Source: the human T2T-CHM13v2.0 reference genome, Homo sapiens. From it: 64,000 nt of DNA. This document shows positions 13,654 through 27,012 of this stretch, piece after piece. The notes under the pieces are model-generated. The model was not told the origin of the DNA, searched no databases, and was given only the letters and a program-made list of their open reading frames with translations. The stretch lies in NCBI RefSeq assembly GCF_009914755.1, contig NC_060935.1; one strand, 5' to 3'. Every line of letters starts with the position of its first letter. The stretch's first letter is position 1. A program made the translations under genes and the position numbers.

Positions 13654-14969
13654 GTTTAGGAAATTCCACTTTTCAAAGCTCTATTATCTCTGCCTATTTT
13701 CTATTAATAGCTGCCATTTATTGAGTTCTTCCAAACTACAGAAAATGTTGCCAAAAATCGACCTACATTAACTCATCTAATCAACGGTATTACATGAGTG
13801 TGATGATCCCCATTTCACAGAAGAAGAATCTGTAGCAAATGAGACTCTTGTCTCACTTACGGTCAAACAGCTGAGACTTGGTTCTTTTGCTCATTATCCT
13901 CTCATTCTAAAGCACATGTTTCTGATTACTCTTATCACATTACCCCTCTACCTCTGTCCATTTGACTCCTTCAATATTTTTGTTAGGAAAATATAAGTGC
14001 ATACTAATCATTTCTTTATAAAACATAGTAGCATTTGTTGCCTTTTTAAAATAATTTAACTTTCTAATATAATAGAGAACTGGCTCACTACCATTTATTT
14101 GGATAAAATTGGCTGAAAATTAATCTAGAGTTAAAATTATTGAATTTGAAGTGAAAAATATTGTGAAATACGCTCCCATTATCCCATTTCATTTTGCATG
14201 TTAGAGAGTTGACATAGCTTCAGATAAATTAAAGGGAAATCCTGGTGTCACACCCAGAGTACCCAAAGAGGGAAGGTGAAGGAAGAGCACCAGTGCCTCT
14301 GCATAATCACAATTACATTTGAAAATGTTACTTTTAAGTATGTTGACAAAACCCAGAGACTGTTAGTGGCTCTCTCCTTCCAGACCTGCAGAGGTCTACT
14401 GAGAATAGACCCTTTTTGTTAAGTAATGGAAAGGACAATTCACACTCTTTAAAACTATTAACAGACACCTAAGCCACTGACCCAAGTGCCTTGTCAAAGA
14501 GGACTAATTAATCCCACATTTGGAAAACATATTTAAAAAATTGAATGCCAACAATCTTGTGTATATATGATGTCTGATGTTACTAACAAGCAGATAGGGG
14601 TTAGTAAAATAATCATTGAAAATATAGTTAAATTTAAAATGATTTCTGACATTAAGGGCCACATTTCTCATAAAAAGTGCTCTTTTAATTGTTGAAGATC
14701 TCTTGGGGCTATTTTTATACGTCTAATCTTTTCTTAGGACTCTAGACCCATTTTTCCCACTATCTAAAACACAGATGTCACTGCTTCCTACAGACTTATA
14801 TATAGACCTATATATATGAAGCTAACTATTAGATTTTTCCTCAAACCAGCAACTTTTCATAATTTTTGTGTTCTTCGTATAGAATAATCATATTTCATAA
14901 ATGTAAGCTATTTAAATTATTTTTAAGTCTTCCTTTTTGTCTATATTCTTTCTTTTTTTATGTACATGC

Positions 14970-15180
14970 ACTCAGTATTCAGCAAATACCTGTTCATTTC
15001 TTAATATGTGCCCCACACTGTTGTATGGCTGTTTTGCGGCTACAGTAGGGAAAAAAACAAAACAAACAAGCCCCCCAATTCCTTATTGAACACATTGTAG
15101 TTGAGAAAGTGAGACAAATCAAGAAATAAAATATGTAGAATATCAGCTGGTGATAAAAACTATGGAGAAAAATAAATCAG
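14970..15180 (-). mobile_element. L2 remnant, interrupted by THE1
   Basis: ATTCAGCAAATACC...TATGTGCC...GGTGATAAAAACTATGGAGAAAAATAAA. Confidence 0.55.
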
Positions 15181-15536
15181 TGTTTAGTCTGTTCTCGCGC
15201 TGCTGATAAAGACATACCCGAGACTTAATTTATAAAAGAAAGAAATTTAATTGACTCACAGTTCCACATGGCTGCGGAGGCCTCACAATCACGGTGGAAG
15301 GCAAATGAGGAACAAAGTCACATGTCGCATAACACAAGGCAAGAGAGCTTGGTAAGGGAGCTCCCTTTTATAAAACCATCAGATCTTGTGAGACTTATTC
15401 ACCACCACAAGAATAGTATGGAGGAAACCACGCCCATGATTCAATTATCTCCACCTGGTCCCACCCTTGACACGGGGGGATTATTACAATTCAAGGTGAG
15501 ATTTGGGCTGGGCAGGGACAGAGCGAAACCATAACA
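15181..15536 (-). mobile_element. THE1 (A/C-like) MaLR solo LTR
   Basis: TGTTTAGTCTGTTCTC...GATAAAGACATACCCGAGACT...AAACCATCAGATCTTGTGAGACTTATTCAC...GAGATTTGGG...AAACCATAACA; 5-bp TSD ATCAG/ATCAC. Confidence 0.92.
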
Positions 15537-15584
15537 ATCACGAAAAGGGGATAAGGTGGTAGAGGAAACTTTACAGACCAGGCT

Positions 15585-15740
15585 CCTTATAAGGACAATA
15601 AGTCATACTAGATTATGACTTCACCTTCAGGGCCTTATTTAACCAAAATTACTTCTTTAAAGGCCCTATTTCTAAATACAATCACATAAGGAGTTAGGGC
15701 TTCAACATGAAGGTTGTGGGGGCATAATTCATTTCATAAA
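15585..15740 (-). mobile_element. MLT1A/B-like LTR fragment
   Basis: CTTATAAGGAC...AAAGGCCCTATTTCTAAATACAATCACA...GTTAGGGCTTCAACATGAA. Confidence 0.65.
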
Positions 15741-16900
15741 ATTTCTCACTGTAAGAATGGAGTATTATTCAACATTTTAGCCTGTATGTCTTGACATTGA
15801 ATAAAAAGGAAGCAATTGGTTGACTTAGTTTATAGAATAGGTTCTAGCACTCTCCTTTTCAGAAGTTTCAGCAGTTAATTTTTACCTATAAAAACTAAAT
15901 TATTTAACCAAGCCTCTAACCTATTTAGCCATGTTCCTGGCCTGCCTTGGCTCCTATTATACACTTTCAAATAAACTACATTCTAACCATATTGAATTGG
16001 TTTCTATTCCAACTCAATCAGATGTGATTTCAGCTTTGTATTTTGGTCAAGTTTTTCTCTGAGCCTGGGATATCACCCCTCTGACTTCCAGCATGGCCAC
16101 TCTTGTTTATGATTCTGAGCCAATTTCAATGTTTTATTTTTTTTCCCATGGAGTTTTTCTTTGTATTTAATCCATTCACCTATTGTAATTAATCATTTCT
16201 TTTTCTGGGCTCCCATACAGTAGTGTTAGAGAATGTATTTCATCCCTTTGTAATTGTAATTAGTTGCATGTATAATTGTCTTCCTCAGAGAAACATTTTA
16301 TTTATCAACAATTTTATTTTCTTTCTTGCTTCTCCTAGGTCTCAGGGAAAAGGAAATTCAGTTCATATTAAAACTGGAAAATTCCATACAATTTTTAAAT
16401 TAAAAATTACAAAATAATTTTTAAATGCAGAAATTCCGGAAAAGAAGAAGGAGAAGAAGAAATAGCTTTGGTCTGTCATAAAGTGAAATGGGATCTTGAT
16501 TGAATTTTTTTCTCTCGACACTCTGAAGGACTTGGAAGAGGGAAGGTACTATTGGAAAGGATTTTGAATAAAGTTTAATTCCTGACTCAAATATGTAGAG
16601 AGTTCTTCTTTCCTTTGCTTCTTTGCTGCTTATATTACATTTACAAAAGAAACAAAAAAACAGCAATCTCTTTCGAACAATTGAGAAGAGTCCAGGGCAT
16701 GGTTTATGAGTAGAATCTGAACAAAAAACAAATATTCTTATAGGTAATAATTTTCAGATTTATAAGAAAAATTTATTTTATAAGAAAAATATATGGACTA
16801 AGTTAAGAAATTAAATATGTTTCTTTCAAATCTTCATCAGTATGCAGTACATTTTGTTATTCATTTATGTATAGTCTCTAATATTTTTTTTTTAAGTGAT

Positions 16901-17039
16901 GCTAATTTTTATATATTTTAGTAGAGGTGGGTTTTCGCCATGTTGGCCAGGCTGGTCTCGAACTCCTGACCTCAAATGATCTGCCTGCCTCGGCCTCCCA
17001 AAGTGCTGGGATTACAGGCCTGAGCCATTGTGCCTGGCC
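16901..17039 (-). mobile_element. AluS left arm and linker only
   Basis: GCTAATTTTT...TAGTAGAG...GCCAGGCTGGTCTCGAACTCCTGACCTC...CCCAAAGTGCTGGGATTACAGG...GCCTGGCC. Confidence 0.93.
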
Positions 17040-17052
17040 AATTTGGCTTAGC

Positions 17053-17819
17053 TTTTTATTTTTTATTTTTTTCTTTTATTATTATTATTATTATTATTAT
17101 ACTTTAAGTTTTAGGGTACATGTGCACAATGTGCAGGTTAGTTACATATGTATACATGTGCCATGCTGGTGTGCTGCACCCATTAACTCGTCATTTAGCA
17201 TTAGGTATATCACCTAATGCTATCCCTCCCCACTCCCCCCACCCCACAACAGGCCCCAGTGTGTGATGTTCCCCTTCCTGTGTCCATGTGTTCTCATTGT
17301 TCAATTCCCACCTATGAGTGAGAATATGCGGTGTTTGGTTTTTTGTTCTTGCGATAGTTTACTGAGAATGATGATTTCCAATTTCATCCATGTCCCCACA
17401 AAGGACATGAACTCATCATTTTTTATGGCTGCATAGTATTCCATGGTGTATATGTGCCACATTTTCTTAATCCAGTCTATCATTGTTGGACATTTGGGTT
17501 GGTTCCAAGTCTTTGCTATTGTGAATAGTGCTGCAATAAACATACATGTGCATGTGTCTTTATAGCAGCATGATTTATAGTCCTTTGGGTATATACCCAG
17601 TAATGGGATGGCTGGGTCAAATGGTATTTCTAGTTCTAGATCCCTGAGGAATCGCCACACTGACTTCCACAATGGTTGAACTAGTTTACAGTCCCACCAA
17701 CAGTGTAAAAGTGTTCCTGTTTCTCCACATCCTCTCCAGCACCTGTTGTTTCCTGACTTTTTAATGATTGCCATTCTAACTGGTGTGAGATAGTATCTCA
17801 TTGTGGTTTTGATTTGCAT
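17053..17819 (-). mobile_element. 5'-truncated young L1PA (PA2/PA3-like): ORF2 C-terminus, 3'UTR and T/(TTA)n tail
   Basis: Uninterrupted 172-aa ORF2 C-terminus (17301-17819) ending SLIGGN; GGTTAGTTAC and TTTTAGGGTAC young-subfamily marks; no TSD found. Confidence 0.95.
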
Positions 17820-17907
17820 AATGAAGTCTAATCAAATAGAGAGAAATATCAAAGGCAAGTGAGTTCCAGAAAGTCTTTTCTTTTTATGTGAAGAGGACCA
17901 TACAAGA

Positions 17908-18147
17908 ACATATATATGTGTATATATATGTTATATATATAACATATATAGTTATATATGTTATATGTATTATGATATATATCATATATTATATAACATG
18001 ATATATAACATATATATGTTATATATGATATATATAACACTATATACAACATATATGATATATATTATCTATGATATATATCATAACATATATATCATAT
18101 ATAACATATATAAAACATGATATGTATAACATATGTTATATATATAA
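17908..18147. repeat. Interrupted (TA)n-rich low-complexity tract (~240 bp)
   Basis: Direct reading. Confidence 0.9.
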
Positions 18148-19469
18148 AACAAAAGGGATAAATTAAATAATTAGTAATTCAGTACTTACGACATTTAAGG
18201 CACACTGCTAGTTTCTTGGATGAAAATGGAATGTGTGATGATACCCCTAAATTATTCTAGTTGGATCTGTCCTCAAAGTTAATCCAGTTAAATGTTTTAT
18301 GAAACTTCTGTTTTTGTGGTTGCCACTTTTTTTAGGTGAAAACAAAATTTAAGAAATACATCATGAATATTTCCTGAAACTTCTCTAGCTGAGCTTTAAA
18401 ACTTCCTATCCCTGTCAAATACACCCTGTACTTTCTATTTCCTTTGGTATTTCTTCCATAGGCTCTGTTCTTCCTTTCCCCAACTCTCCATTCTTCCATC
18501 CTGCATATTTACTACACATCAGAATGAAAGCCAATCTGTACGTTTTTAATATGTTCTACCTGCTAGTACATTCTAAGTCTTTTGCACATATCATCAGCCA
18601 AATTATATCATCAATATGCCATATTATATATTGATGATGGCTTTGGTGTGTTAAAGTATAGGAGTATTGCTCAATTCATTGTCTACCCTTACAGCTCAAG
18701 TGGTTTATGTTTTCTTTAACACCAAGAATTTTAACTAGACTTATTTATTTCTCTTAAAATAAATGTGGCTGAAATAGTTTTGACACCAAATTACTCATCT
18801 TAAACTAAGACTTAGTTAATTCTAGGTCTTCCATTTTAACTGATGTTGTTTGTTCTAAGTAAGAATCAGAGAGTTCCAATAGGGACTGAGAGCATAATTA
18901 TAAACAATCAAGGGTGAAGCCCACTGTCCTGGCAAGAGCTAGGCCATCTTATAAATTCACTGTTCATTAGATCCACTCCCCTTACCAAACAAGACTGATT
19001 CACATTTGTCCCTCCCTTTCAAACCTTCTGAGCTCCCTCACATCATGGGTATTGTGTAGTGCTGGTGGAGTGGGCATGGGGAGGCAGTTCTACGTCTGTT
19101 TCAACTGCTTAATCTTATCTAGGGAGTCAGGACATGACAATGTTTCAGATTAAAACATTTTTTATGATCAAATTTTATTTATCAGTACAAAATTATTTCT
19201 AGGCTGTTATAGATTTTATATCAGTGATTGAAACTCACATGCCTAAAGAAGATAGGTACGTAACAAAAATGTATGAAGTAGAGCATACTCAAGGAAATAG
19301 GTGACTGGGACAAGGGCAAAGTGGAGGGTGTGTGTCTCAAATAGGCACTTAAATTCAAATTTGTCTCTAGTTTTCAATTGCTGTGTAGGTAAAAATGGAG
19401 ACTAACAGTCATCCCAAATTTTGAATGAGAGTTCATATTTATTATTCTGACCATGAGGCAACATGAAAT

Positions 19470-19884
19470 ATTTTAAATTATTTACTCTAGGATAGCTTTA
19501 AATTTACAGAAACATTGTAAGAATAGCACGGAGAGTACCCGTATATCTTAAACCCAGTTGACATCATTACTAACATCATACTTTACCATGGCACATCTGT
19601 CAAAACTGATAAACCAACATTGATAGTTATTCACTAAAATCAATATATTATTCAGATTTCCTTCGTTGTTACCTAATATTTTTTGTTATTCCAGCATTCT
19701 ATTAGGATTTCATATTATATTTGTCTTTTCTCCTTAGACTGCTTTAGACTAAGATGTTTTCTCTGTTTTTTTTTTTTTTTTGAGGAATACAGATAAAATA
19801 TTTTGTAGAATATACTTCAGATTCATTTGTCACATTTTTCTTATTGTTAGACTGGCTTTATGGTTTCTTTCGGGGAAGAACGCA
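19470..19884 (-). mobile_element. Old L1MC-type 3' end
   Basis: TTTAAATTTACAGAAACATTGTAAGAATAGCACGGAGAGTACCC...TAACATCATACTTTACCATGG. Confidence 0.6.
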
Positions 19885-19973
19885 GCCAGCTTCCAAAATG
19901 GTGAGAAAATAAAATTTCTGTTGTGTAAGCCAATCTCAGTTATTTTGTTATGATACCCGAGCTGATTAAAACA
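19885..19973 (+). mobile_element. MLT1 3' fragment
   Basis: CAGCTTCCAAAA..GTGAGAAAATAAAATTTCTGTTGTGTAAGCCA...TTTTGTTATG...GCTGATTAAAACA. Confidence 0.65.
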
Positions 19974-19974
19974 T

Positions 19975-22110
19975 TGTTTTCTTTTAGATAAATTAAGAAC
20001 GTTTAAAAGATAAAATGCTTTATTTTACCTTCATTTATTTTCTTTCTGATGCTCTTTTTTGTGTATATGCAAGTTTTTAATATCTTCTTTTCATTCATAA
20101 ATAACTTACTTTAATATTTCTTGTACAGAAGATCTGCAGGCAATGAAGCCCCTGGGTTCTTGTTCATCTGAGAGTTCTCTATTTCTTCTTCACTTTTGAA
20201 GGATAATTTCGCTGGATCTGAAATTTGAGTTTGGTGTTTTTTTGTCTTTCATACATTAAATAGTTTATTTCCCTATTTTCCTGCTGTTTGTTTTCTGATG
20301 AGAGTAATAGTTAATCTTGTTACTCTATACTTAAACTATTTTTTTCTTCTTCTGGCTGATTTCAATATTTGTTGCCTTTGTTTACTTCAGTTTGAATATA
20401 ATTTGCTTAGGTGTTTTCTTGTGGAAGGAGAGGGTAGCGGAATGGTAAGTAGATGAATTAGTTTGATATAATCTGAATTTTCTGAATCTATGATTTGGTA
20501 TTTTCAATAATTGGAGGAAGCTTTCAGTCATTATTACTTTAAATATTTCTTCTGCTTCATTCTCTCTTTCTTCTCTTTCTGGTATTCCGGTTACCTGTAT
20601 CACACCTTTTATCCTGCAGTTCTTACATATTCTGATCTATTTTTTGTTGTCTTTTTTTGTTTCACTCTTTTTAATCTGTGCTTTTTAATTTGCAAAATTT
20701 CTGTTGGCCTATATTTAAGTTCATTGAGTAATTCCCCAGATGTGTGGAATCTAATGATAATCTTGTTGAATGTATTCTTCATTTCTGTGATTATTTTTGT
20801 AATTTACAACATTTCCTTTTTTTTTCCATCATTCCTCTTTTTCTGATTACAGTGTCCATCTGGTCTTGTACGTTGTATGTGTGTGTGTTTTCCTATTAAA
20901 AGTTGTTTGATCTTAACCACAATTATTTTAAATATCCTATCTATCTGATAATTTCAATATTTTTGTTATATCTGAGACTGATTCTGATACTGGCTTTGTC
21001 TCTTTAGACTGTGTTTTTTTCTTGTCTTTTGGTATGGATAATTTTTTTGTTGAAAGCCAAGCATGCTACAGAAGTGAAGTAAATAAGCCTTCAATGTGAG
21101 GATTTATGTTAATGTGGCTAGTTGAGCTCTGTTTAATGTCTCACAGAAGTACCCGAGGCTTCAAACTCCTCTCCTGTTCTTGCGTTTGTACTCCTTGACT
21201 TTGAGTTTCCCTTTGTAATGATGCTTAAAGAAGATCTGAGACTTGCAGCTCTTTCAGCCATAATTCATTATTATTACTATTATTATTATATTTGAAGCTT
21301 TCTGTTGTCATGGAAGCATGCGAATAAGAGGCATATTTCTATAATCTTCTAATGAAGTGTTAGTCTCAGCGGACCAATGTTTCAGGGATATGGCCATCAA
21401 AAGTATTCTAGTCTATCTTCCAAGGTCATTTTTTGTTTGCTTGTTTTGCTTGCTTTTCCCTACTGTCTCTTCTGGTTGCAGTACACTAATCTACTGTCTT
21501 GAAGCCTTTTCCCCTGTTGTCTACCCTCGCCTTTACCCTGTTAGGTGAGGTGGAAGTTAGGAGAGGGCTGGAGTGTGAAGGAATCTCCTTCCCCTAGCTT
21601 GAATCAAGTTTCAGCATATGCTCTGGAAAATTCCTTCCTCAGGATGCTAGGTCTTTGTTAAGAGAAGACACTGGATGGGTTTCATGAGAGCATTTTTTTT
21701 CCCTATTCCTGCCAGGGCCAGGAGGTGATCTTTCTCAGTTCCTCACAGTGGGAACCTCGAGGGTTTCCTGGGGTGAAAGCCTGTGAAAATATGTGGTTTA
21801 CCTTATGACTAAGATCCCCAGGTGTTTCTCATTCTCATGATAGTCTGCGCTCAACCTTCAGCACATCATCAAAACTAGCACTTAGCTGCCTCTAACCATC
21901 TAAGAGATTTAACAGCTTTTGTTCCAGGTGAGCAAGACTCAGCTGTCTCTCTCTGTAAGTGCTTCTTTCTCCAGATTTTGGGAGATGCAGTTTGCCTTGT
22001 AACTGCAGTTCCTGGGTAATTTCAAGGTAAGATTTTTGCTCAGGTTTTTCTTGTTGTAAGGGTGGTAGTGATGGACAGTTCTTTAGATGTTGGACCTGAA
22101 ACTGGAAACC
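19975..22110 (-). mobile_element. Old L1M 5' region (decayed ORF1 and 5'UTR)
   Basis: Minus-strand peptide IQVTGIPEREERENEAEEIFKVIMTESF resembles the L1 ORF1 RRM start (IIGVPEGEE...IFEEIMAENF); T-rich plus strand. Confidence 0.7.
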
Positions 22111-22470
22111 CCAGGCTACCAATTTTTGATTGAATTGTTTTTACCATCTGAACCCCGAGCAGTGCTATCACCTGTGTTTCTTCTATCAACTAGCAAAGGG
22201 ATAAGAACACTGGAAAAACCTATTGCTCTTATGACAATAACAAACATACACAAAATGCAGATTGTCTAACTTCAGCTGTCCTATTGCCGATGTTGAGAAA
22301 ACAGAACTCAAAAAAAATCCATATTTTATTAATGTAATGAGTCTCAAAACTCAATTGCACTACAATTGGAACCTATGGGAAAAAAATAAAAATAGTACTT
22401 TCAGTCTGTTATGAACCTATTCTTACTTAAAATGCCACTTTCTATTTAATTAGAGAATTAAGAAATTTGG

Positions 22471-22777
<307 letters not shown>

Positions 22778-22918
22778 TTAAGAAATTTCATTTAATCCCA
22801 TTTGATAAACTTAGCCTGCTAAGTAGTTTAAATAATCCCTCTAGGTAATATTATTATATGATTAAAATTTATCAGTTCTTTCTCTAGGACCCTGATGCTT
22901 TCATTAAGATGACATGTA

Positions 22919-23188
22919 GGCCAGGTGCAGTGGCTCACTCCTATAATCCCAGCACTTTGGGAGGCCAAGGCAAGCAAATCACCTAAGGTCAGGAGTTCAA
23001 CACCAGCCTGACCAACGCGGTGAAACCCCGTCCCTCTAATCCCAACTACTCAGGAGGCTGAGGCAGGAGAAGCACTTGAATCCACTTGAATCTGGGAGGT
23101 GGAGGTTGCAGTGAACCAAGATCATGCCACTGCACTCCAGCCTGGGTGACAGGGCAAGACTCTGTCTCAAAAAAAAAAAAAAAAAAAA
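22919..23188 (+). mobile_element. AluS with internal deletion of linker/start of right arm and a 10-bp tandem duplication
   Basis: CCCCGTCCCTC joined to TAATCCCAACTAC; CACTTGAATC occurs twice; poly(A); degenerate TSD GACAT(G/C)TA. Confidence 0.95.
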
Positions 23189-24739
23189 GACATCTAGCTT
23201 TTTATGAAAGAGTTGTGGTTTATGAAATTTTATGGCTTATTTTATAGTTGAGAGGGACAAGATCTTCAGATTCTTCTGATATCCTTTTACTGTATTCTGT
23301 ATTTTTCTGGTCACTGAGAGCATTAATGATCTCCATGCTTGAAATTTGGGGTTTACATCCCATAGTCTTTCTAATGTTGTTTCATCAGAGAATGGTGATA
23401 CTTCATTTGAAGGTCTTACTTTAGTTCCTGCTGGCTGCAAATCCTTGCATAGCTTCTTTACTTTATCAAACCTGTGGGCCCACTGGTCTCTGGGGTAGTG
23501 GTGCCTCTTCCCACCAGGGCAGAATCCATGGAATCTTCTTGGCTTTCATGTCAGTTTTCATGTCACTGGGAACTGAAAAAAGCTCTGAAATGCCAAATTT
23601 AGATGGCTGTATCCCAGTTTGGTGTTATAGCTGCTAGAGAAATAATTTGTTTCCAGAATCGTAATCTAGTGACAGCGGCTAAAAATACTTCTGCAATAGT
23701 ACTGCTGTCGTTTATCCTTAGCATCTTCATATTCCCTGAGTCTAAGCCAGTATAAGGAAACAAAATAGAGATGCATTTAACTCTCTAGATCTCTGTCTTC
23801 CTTTCCATAATCTATTTGGCCAGAAAGGTTGATTCATTTCTATATAATTACTTTTTCTTCCATTCTGGCTAATGCAATAATCTGAGAACTTCAATATTTG
23901 ATATTTAAAATGCAATTTGGGAATTTTGAAAAATCTTATTTTGTATAAAACTTGGAGAATTGTTTTATTGAATTATAATTTTAAATACAAGTCACAAATA
24001 TGTTTTTGTTTGTTTTATTTGTATTCCTTATTTTTGCATTTCTAAACTCTCCTTAGTTAGATGTAAGCCAAGACCTGAGAAGGATAAAGAATGTGTATTA
24101 CAAAATTTAAAGGAGAACATTGCATTTTTTACTTTCAAATGATTACCCTCATTAAACCAGCAAGTCTCTGGGTTAGGATTGCTCATGTTCACTCAAGGAA
24201 TAAGGAAGATGGCAAAATCGGAACCTAGGGCTGAGCATAGATCATGGGCTATTTTCTCCTTGCTCCTTAAGATTTTATAATCTTTGTGGGGTTCTCATCT
24301 GCAAATTCAGGAAAGAGAAAATTCCTATGTGCCTTCATAGCACGCATTTCACATTCATATGGCAAACTTTATTAATTGCATACTGTGTGCCAAGCACAGC
24401 GCTAGTCACTGGGACTACAACTGTGAGAAGGGCAGAAGAGGTTTGAGAACGTAGGGAGCTAATAATCTTCCAGGAGATGCAGGGACATTGACACAAAATT
24501 AAATCTGTTTTTATAAATGTTATCGTAAAGAGAGGACAGTTTTTTCTTTATATTTGATTTTGCAACAATCTTTCAGCATTTATTTATTTTTTCTATCTTA
24601 TACCTCTGGTATTTTGGGGATTGTCTTATTTATATACAAGTCTTTTGTCCCTTAAGGGCCAAGAATAAGACCTTTTCCTAAATATACAGCCAGCAGAATT
24701 GAAATAACATTTTGTTGACAGTCAAAAAAACTAAAATTT

Positions 24740-24895
24740 GACTCTCAGCTCAGTTGCTTTAATAGTTGAATGACCTGAGGCCCATCCTTTGACCTCTCTA
24801 GACTTAGTTATACTCGTCTATAAATTGAAGTGATAATAACCACTTACAGAGTTATTATGGTAAATGAGTTAATATATGTGACTAACATTTTTAAG
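24740..24895 (+). mobile_element. MIR remnant
   Basis: TGACCTGAGG...GACCTCTCTAGACTTAGTT...TATAAA..GTGATAATAAC...TAAATGAGTTAATATATGT. Confidence 0.6.
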
Positions 24896-26344
24896 TGTAC
24901 ACAGATCTATAGAGAAATAGGCATTAAAAATTTACTTTGCAAGTATTTAACATCTGGTATTCAATTACACACTGCTAAGCATTGAAAACAGATTGTGTCT
25001 AAACATTGAAAGCCTTTTTTACATAAAAATATTAACGATAAATGCAGTTTATCTAGCAAATTTCCTATTAATGGAAGCAAACTTAGATTCGACACAAAAT
25101 AAAGATTTTGCTATTCCAGTCATGACTTCATATCCACAAAAGAATTCCTTAAAACATCACATCCTTCAGGCAATTCAACACTCAACTCACTTTTTGGATG
25201 TCATAAATTTCATCTAGGAAAATTTATAAGATGGCTAGTCTCCAAGATATTGGAATTAAATAAACTGTTGAGACTTACAGAAAGAAAACAAGGTTTTAAG
25301 GACATACAAAGGTTTTGATAACATATAAAACATTTTTCAAAGACAGTGGTGATGGTAAAGGAAAACTATAAATACGATAAGGCCAGAAGCAAGACGTAAT
25401 AGTGAAACAGCTTATACAGTTTTAGAAGATTGCAACATCAGATAATATGTCAAAAATGCACCACCACACATTTATTTAAATGAACTAAGGGGGATGTTTG
25501 TATTAATAGCTACCCTGCCAAGGAATGCAGAAAGCCAAAATCAAACAATATAACTCAGGCTTATCCACAAAGAGCCTAAAATGGGTCAGGTGAATATCCA
25601 GAAACTTACTTAGAAATTCACCGTGGAATGTGTTGGTCACTTCAAATTTCTTAATGAAACTCAAGTAAAGTAATTTGCAAGTACATTTGAATGAGTAAAT
25701 AAAGCAAAGTCATATACATATATCACTCTTACTAGCAGTCCTGGTAACTCCCACCTGTTTGTTATTGGAGTAGGGGTGGCAATAAGCTGCTGTTTTATAA
25801 ATTTAAGGAGTCTCAGGGGTCATATCACCAGTTCCAAAAAATAAACGAATTATGAGATTAACAGTAAAATGTCCATTTTAATGAAAATCCTATGCTAATT
25901 CAAATGAGGACCCTACTGTTGAAGAAACATTTGCTCTTCACACATAAACATGAAATATACCCTAACTCATTTATGAGCTGCAGTCTTGAATCCAGGCACA
26001 ATATATCACTATGACACCATTGTTGTGCAATTGCAAGAAGGCTAGCCAGGGATCCTGCTTAGTCTCTGACTGCAACAGTTACCCACCCAAGGATTGCACT
26101 TAGTTTCTGTAGTCTTCATTAAGCAATCAAGCTAACCTACCACATACTCCCTAATAAAAATATGAGCCAATGCCAATCATATGGCTATCTAGTCAGAAAT
26201 AGCGAAACAATTCTTAAATCTCTGTATTCCTGGATGAATCTTTTGAGTTAAAACTTGAGAAAAGTAAAAATAACTGTGTTAAGTTAGAACACCAATTATG
26301 TAAGTATGAGGTGAGGAGGTCAGAGTTAAGGACAAAAAAAAAAA

Positions 26345-27012
26345 AATGGAAAGGAAATCTAGGGTATTTAGTTGATATAAGTTCCTAATCAATCAACCAT
26401 ATGATATGGCTCCTCCAACAAAGAAACTAGTCAGTTGGATAAATGCCTGAAACATCAAATTATAAAATATTTTCATCTCATTTTTCAGAAGAGGAAATAA
26501 GGGCATGAAATTTAAGTAACTTGTACTGAATCGCAAATCTACTGCTATGGCTAGAAATGGAGCCGGATCTGACTCCAAAGGCTATATATATATATTTTTT
26601 GTGTGTGTGTGAAATAACACTGATGAGGAAATTCAAAACCATAATACATGAGAAATAAAGAATTACTAGAACTGTAGATTTTTTTTTCCTTGGCATTGGA
26701 AAGCATGAAGAGTGGTGAAAATGAGAAAAAGTCTTGATTGTGTACTTCAGATATCTGATGATTTATTAATGACAAAAAGATAATAGAGAAACAAATAAGT
26801 AAAATTTAAGGAAAGCAAGATATTTATTGAATTAGAAAAATCTGAAGAAATGAATGGACTACTTACCTGGTAATGAATTTCCCTACAAGAAATGTGTTGA
26901 AGTAGAAGACTAAATGTTTACCAAAAGAATTATTACAGAGAGAATTTAAGTATTGTGAAATGGCCATGTCAGATGATATTAAACTCTGGCCTCAAAATTT
27001 TTGATTCTATGA
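26345..27012 (+). mobile_element. L3/CR1 remnants (two patches, with a MIR-like piece between)
   Basis: AATCTAGGGTATTTAGTTGA...CCATATGATATGGCT and GGTAATGAATTTCCC...GTGTTGAAGTAGAAGACT...GATTCTATGA (CR1-type tail). Confidence 0.45.

Noticed and set aside
23237-23740. Possible processed pseudogene or exon on the minus strand
   Set aside because: I translated the frames and recognised no protein; no poly(A) or TSD
26858-26872. ACTTACCTGG as U1 snRNA 5' end or a minus-strand donor
   Set aside because: No further U1 similarity; it lies in an L3/CR1-like remnant
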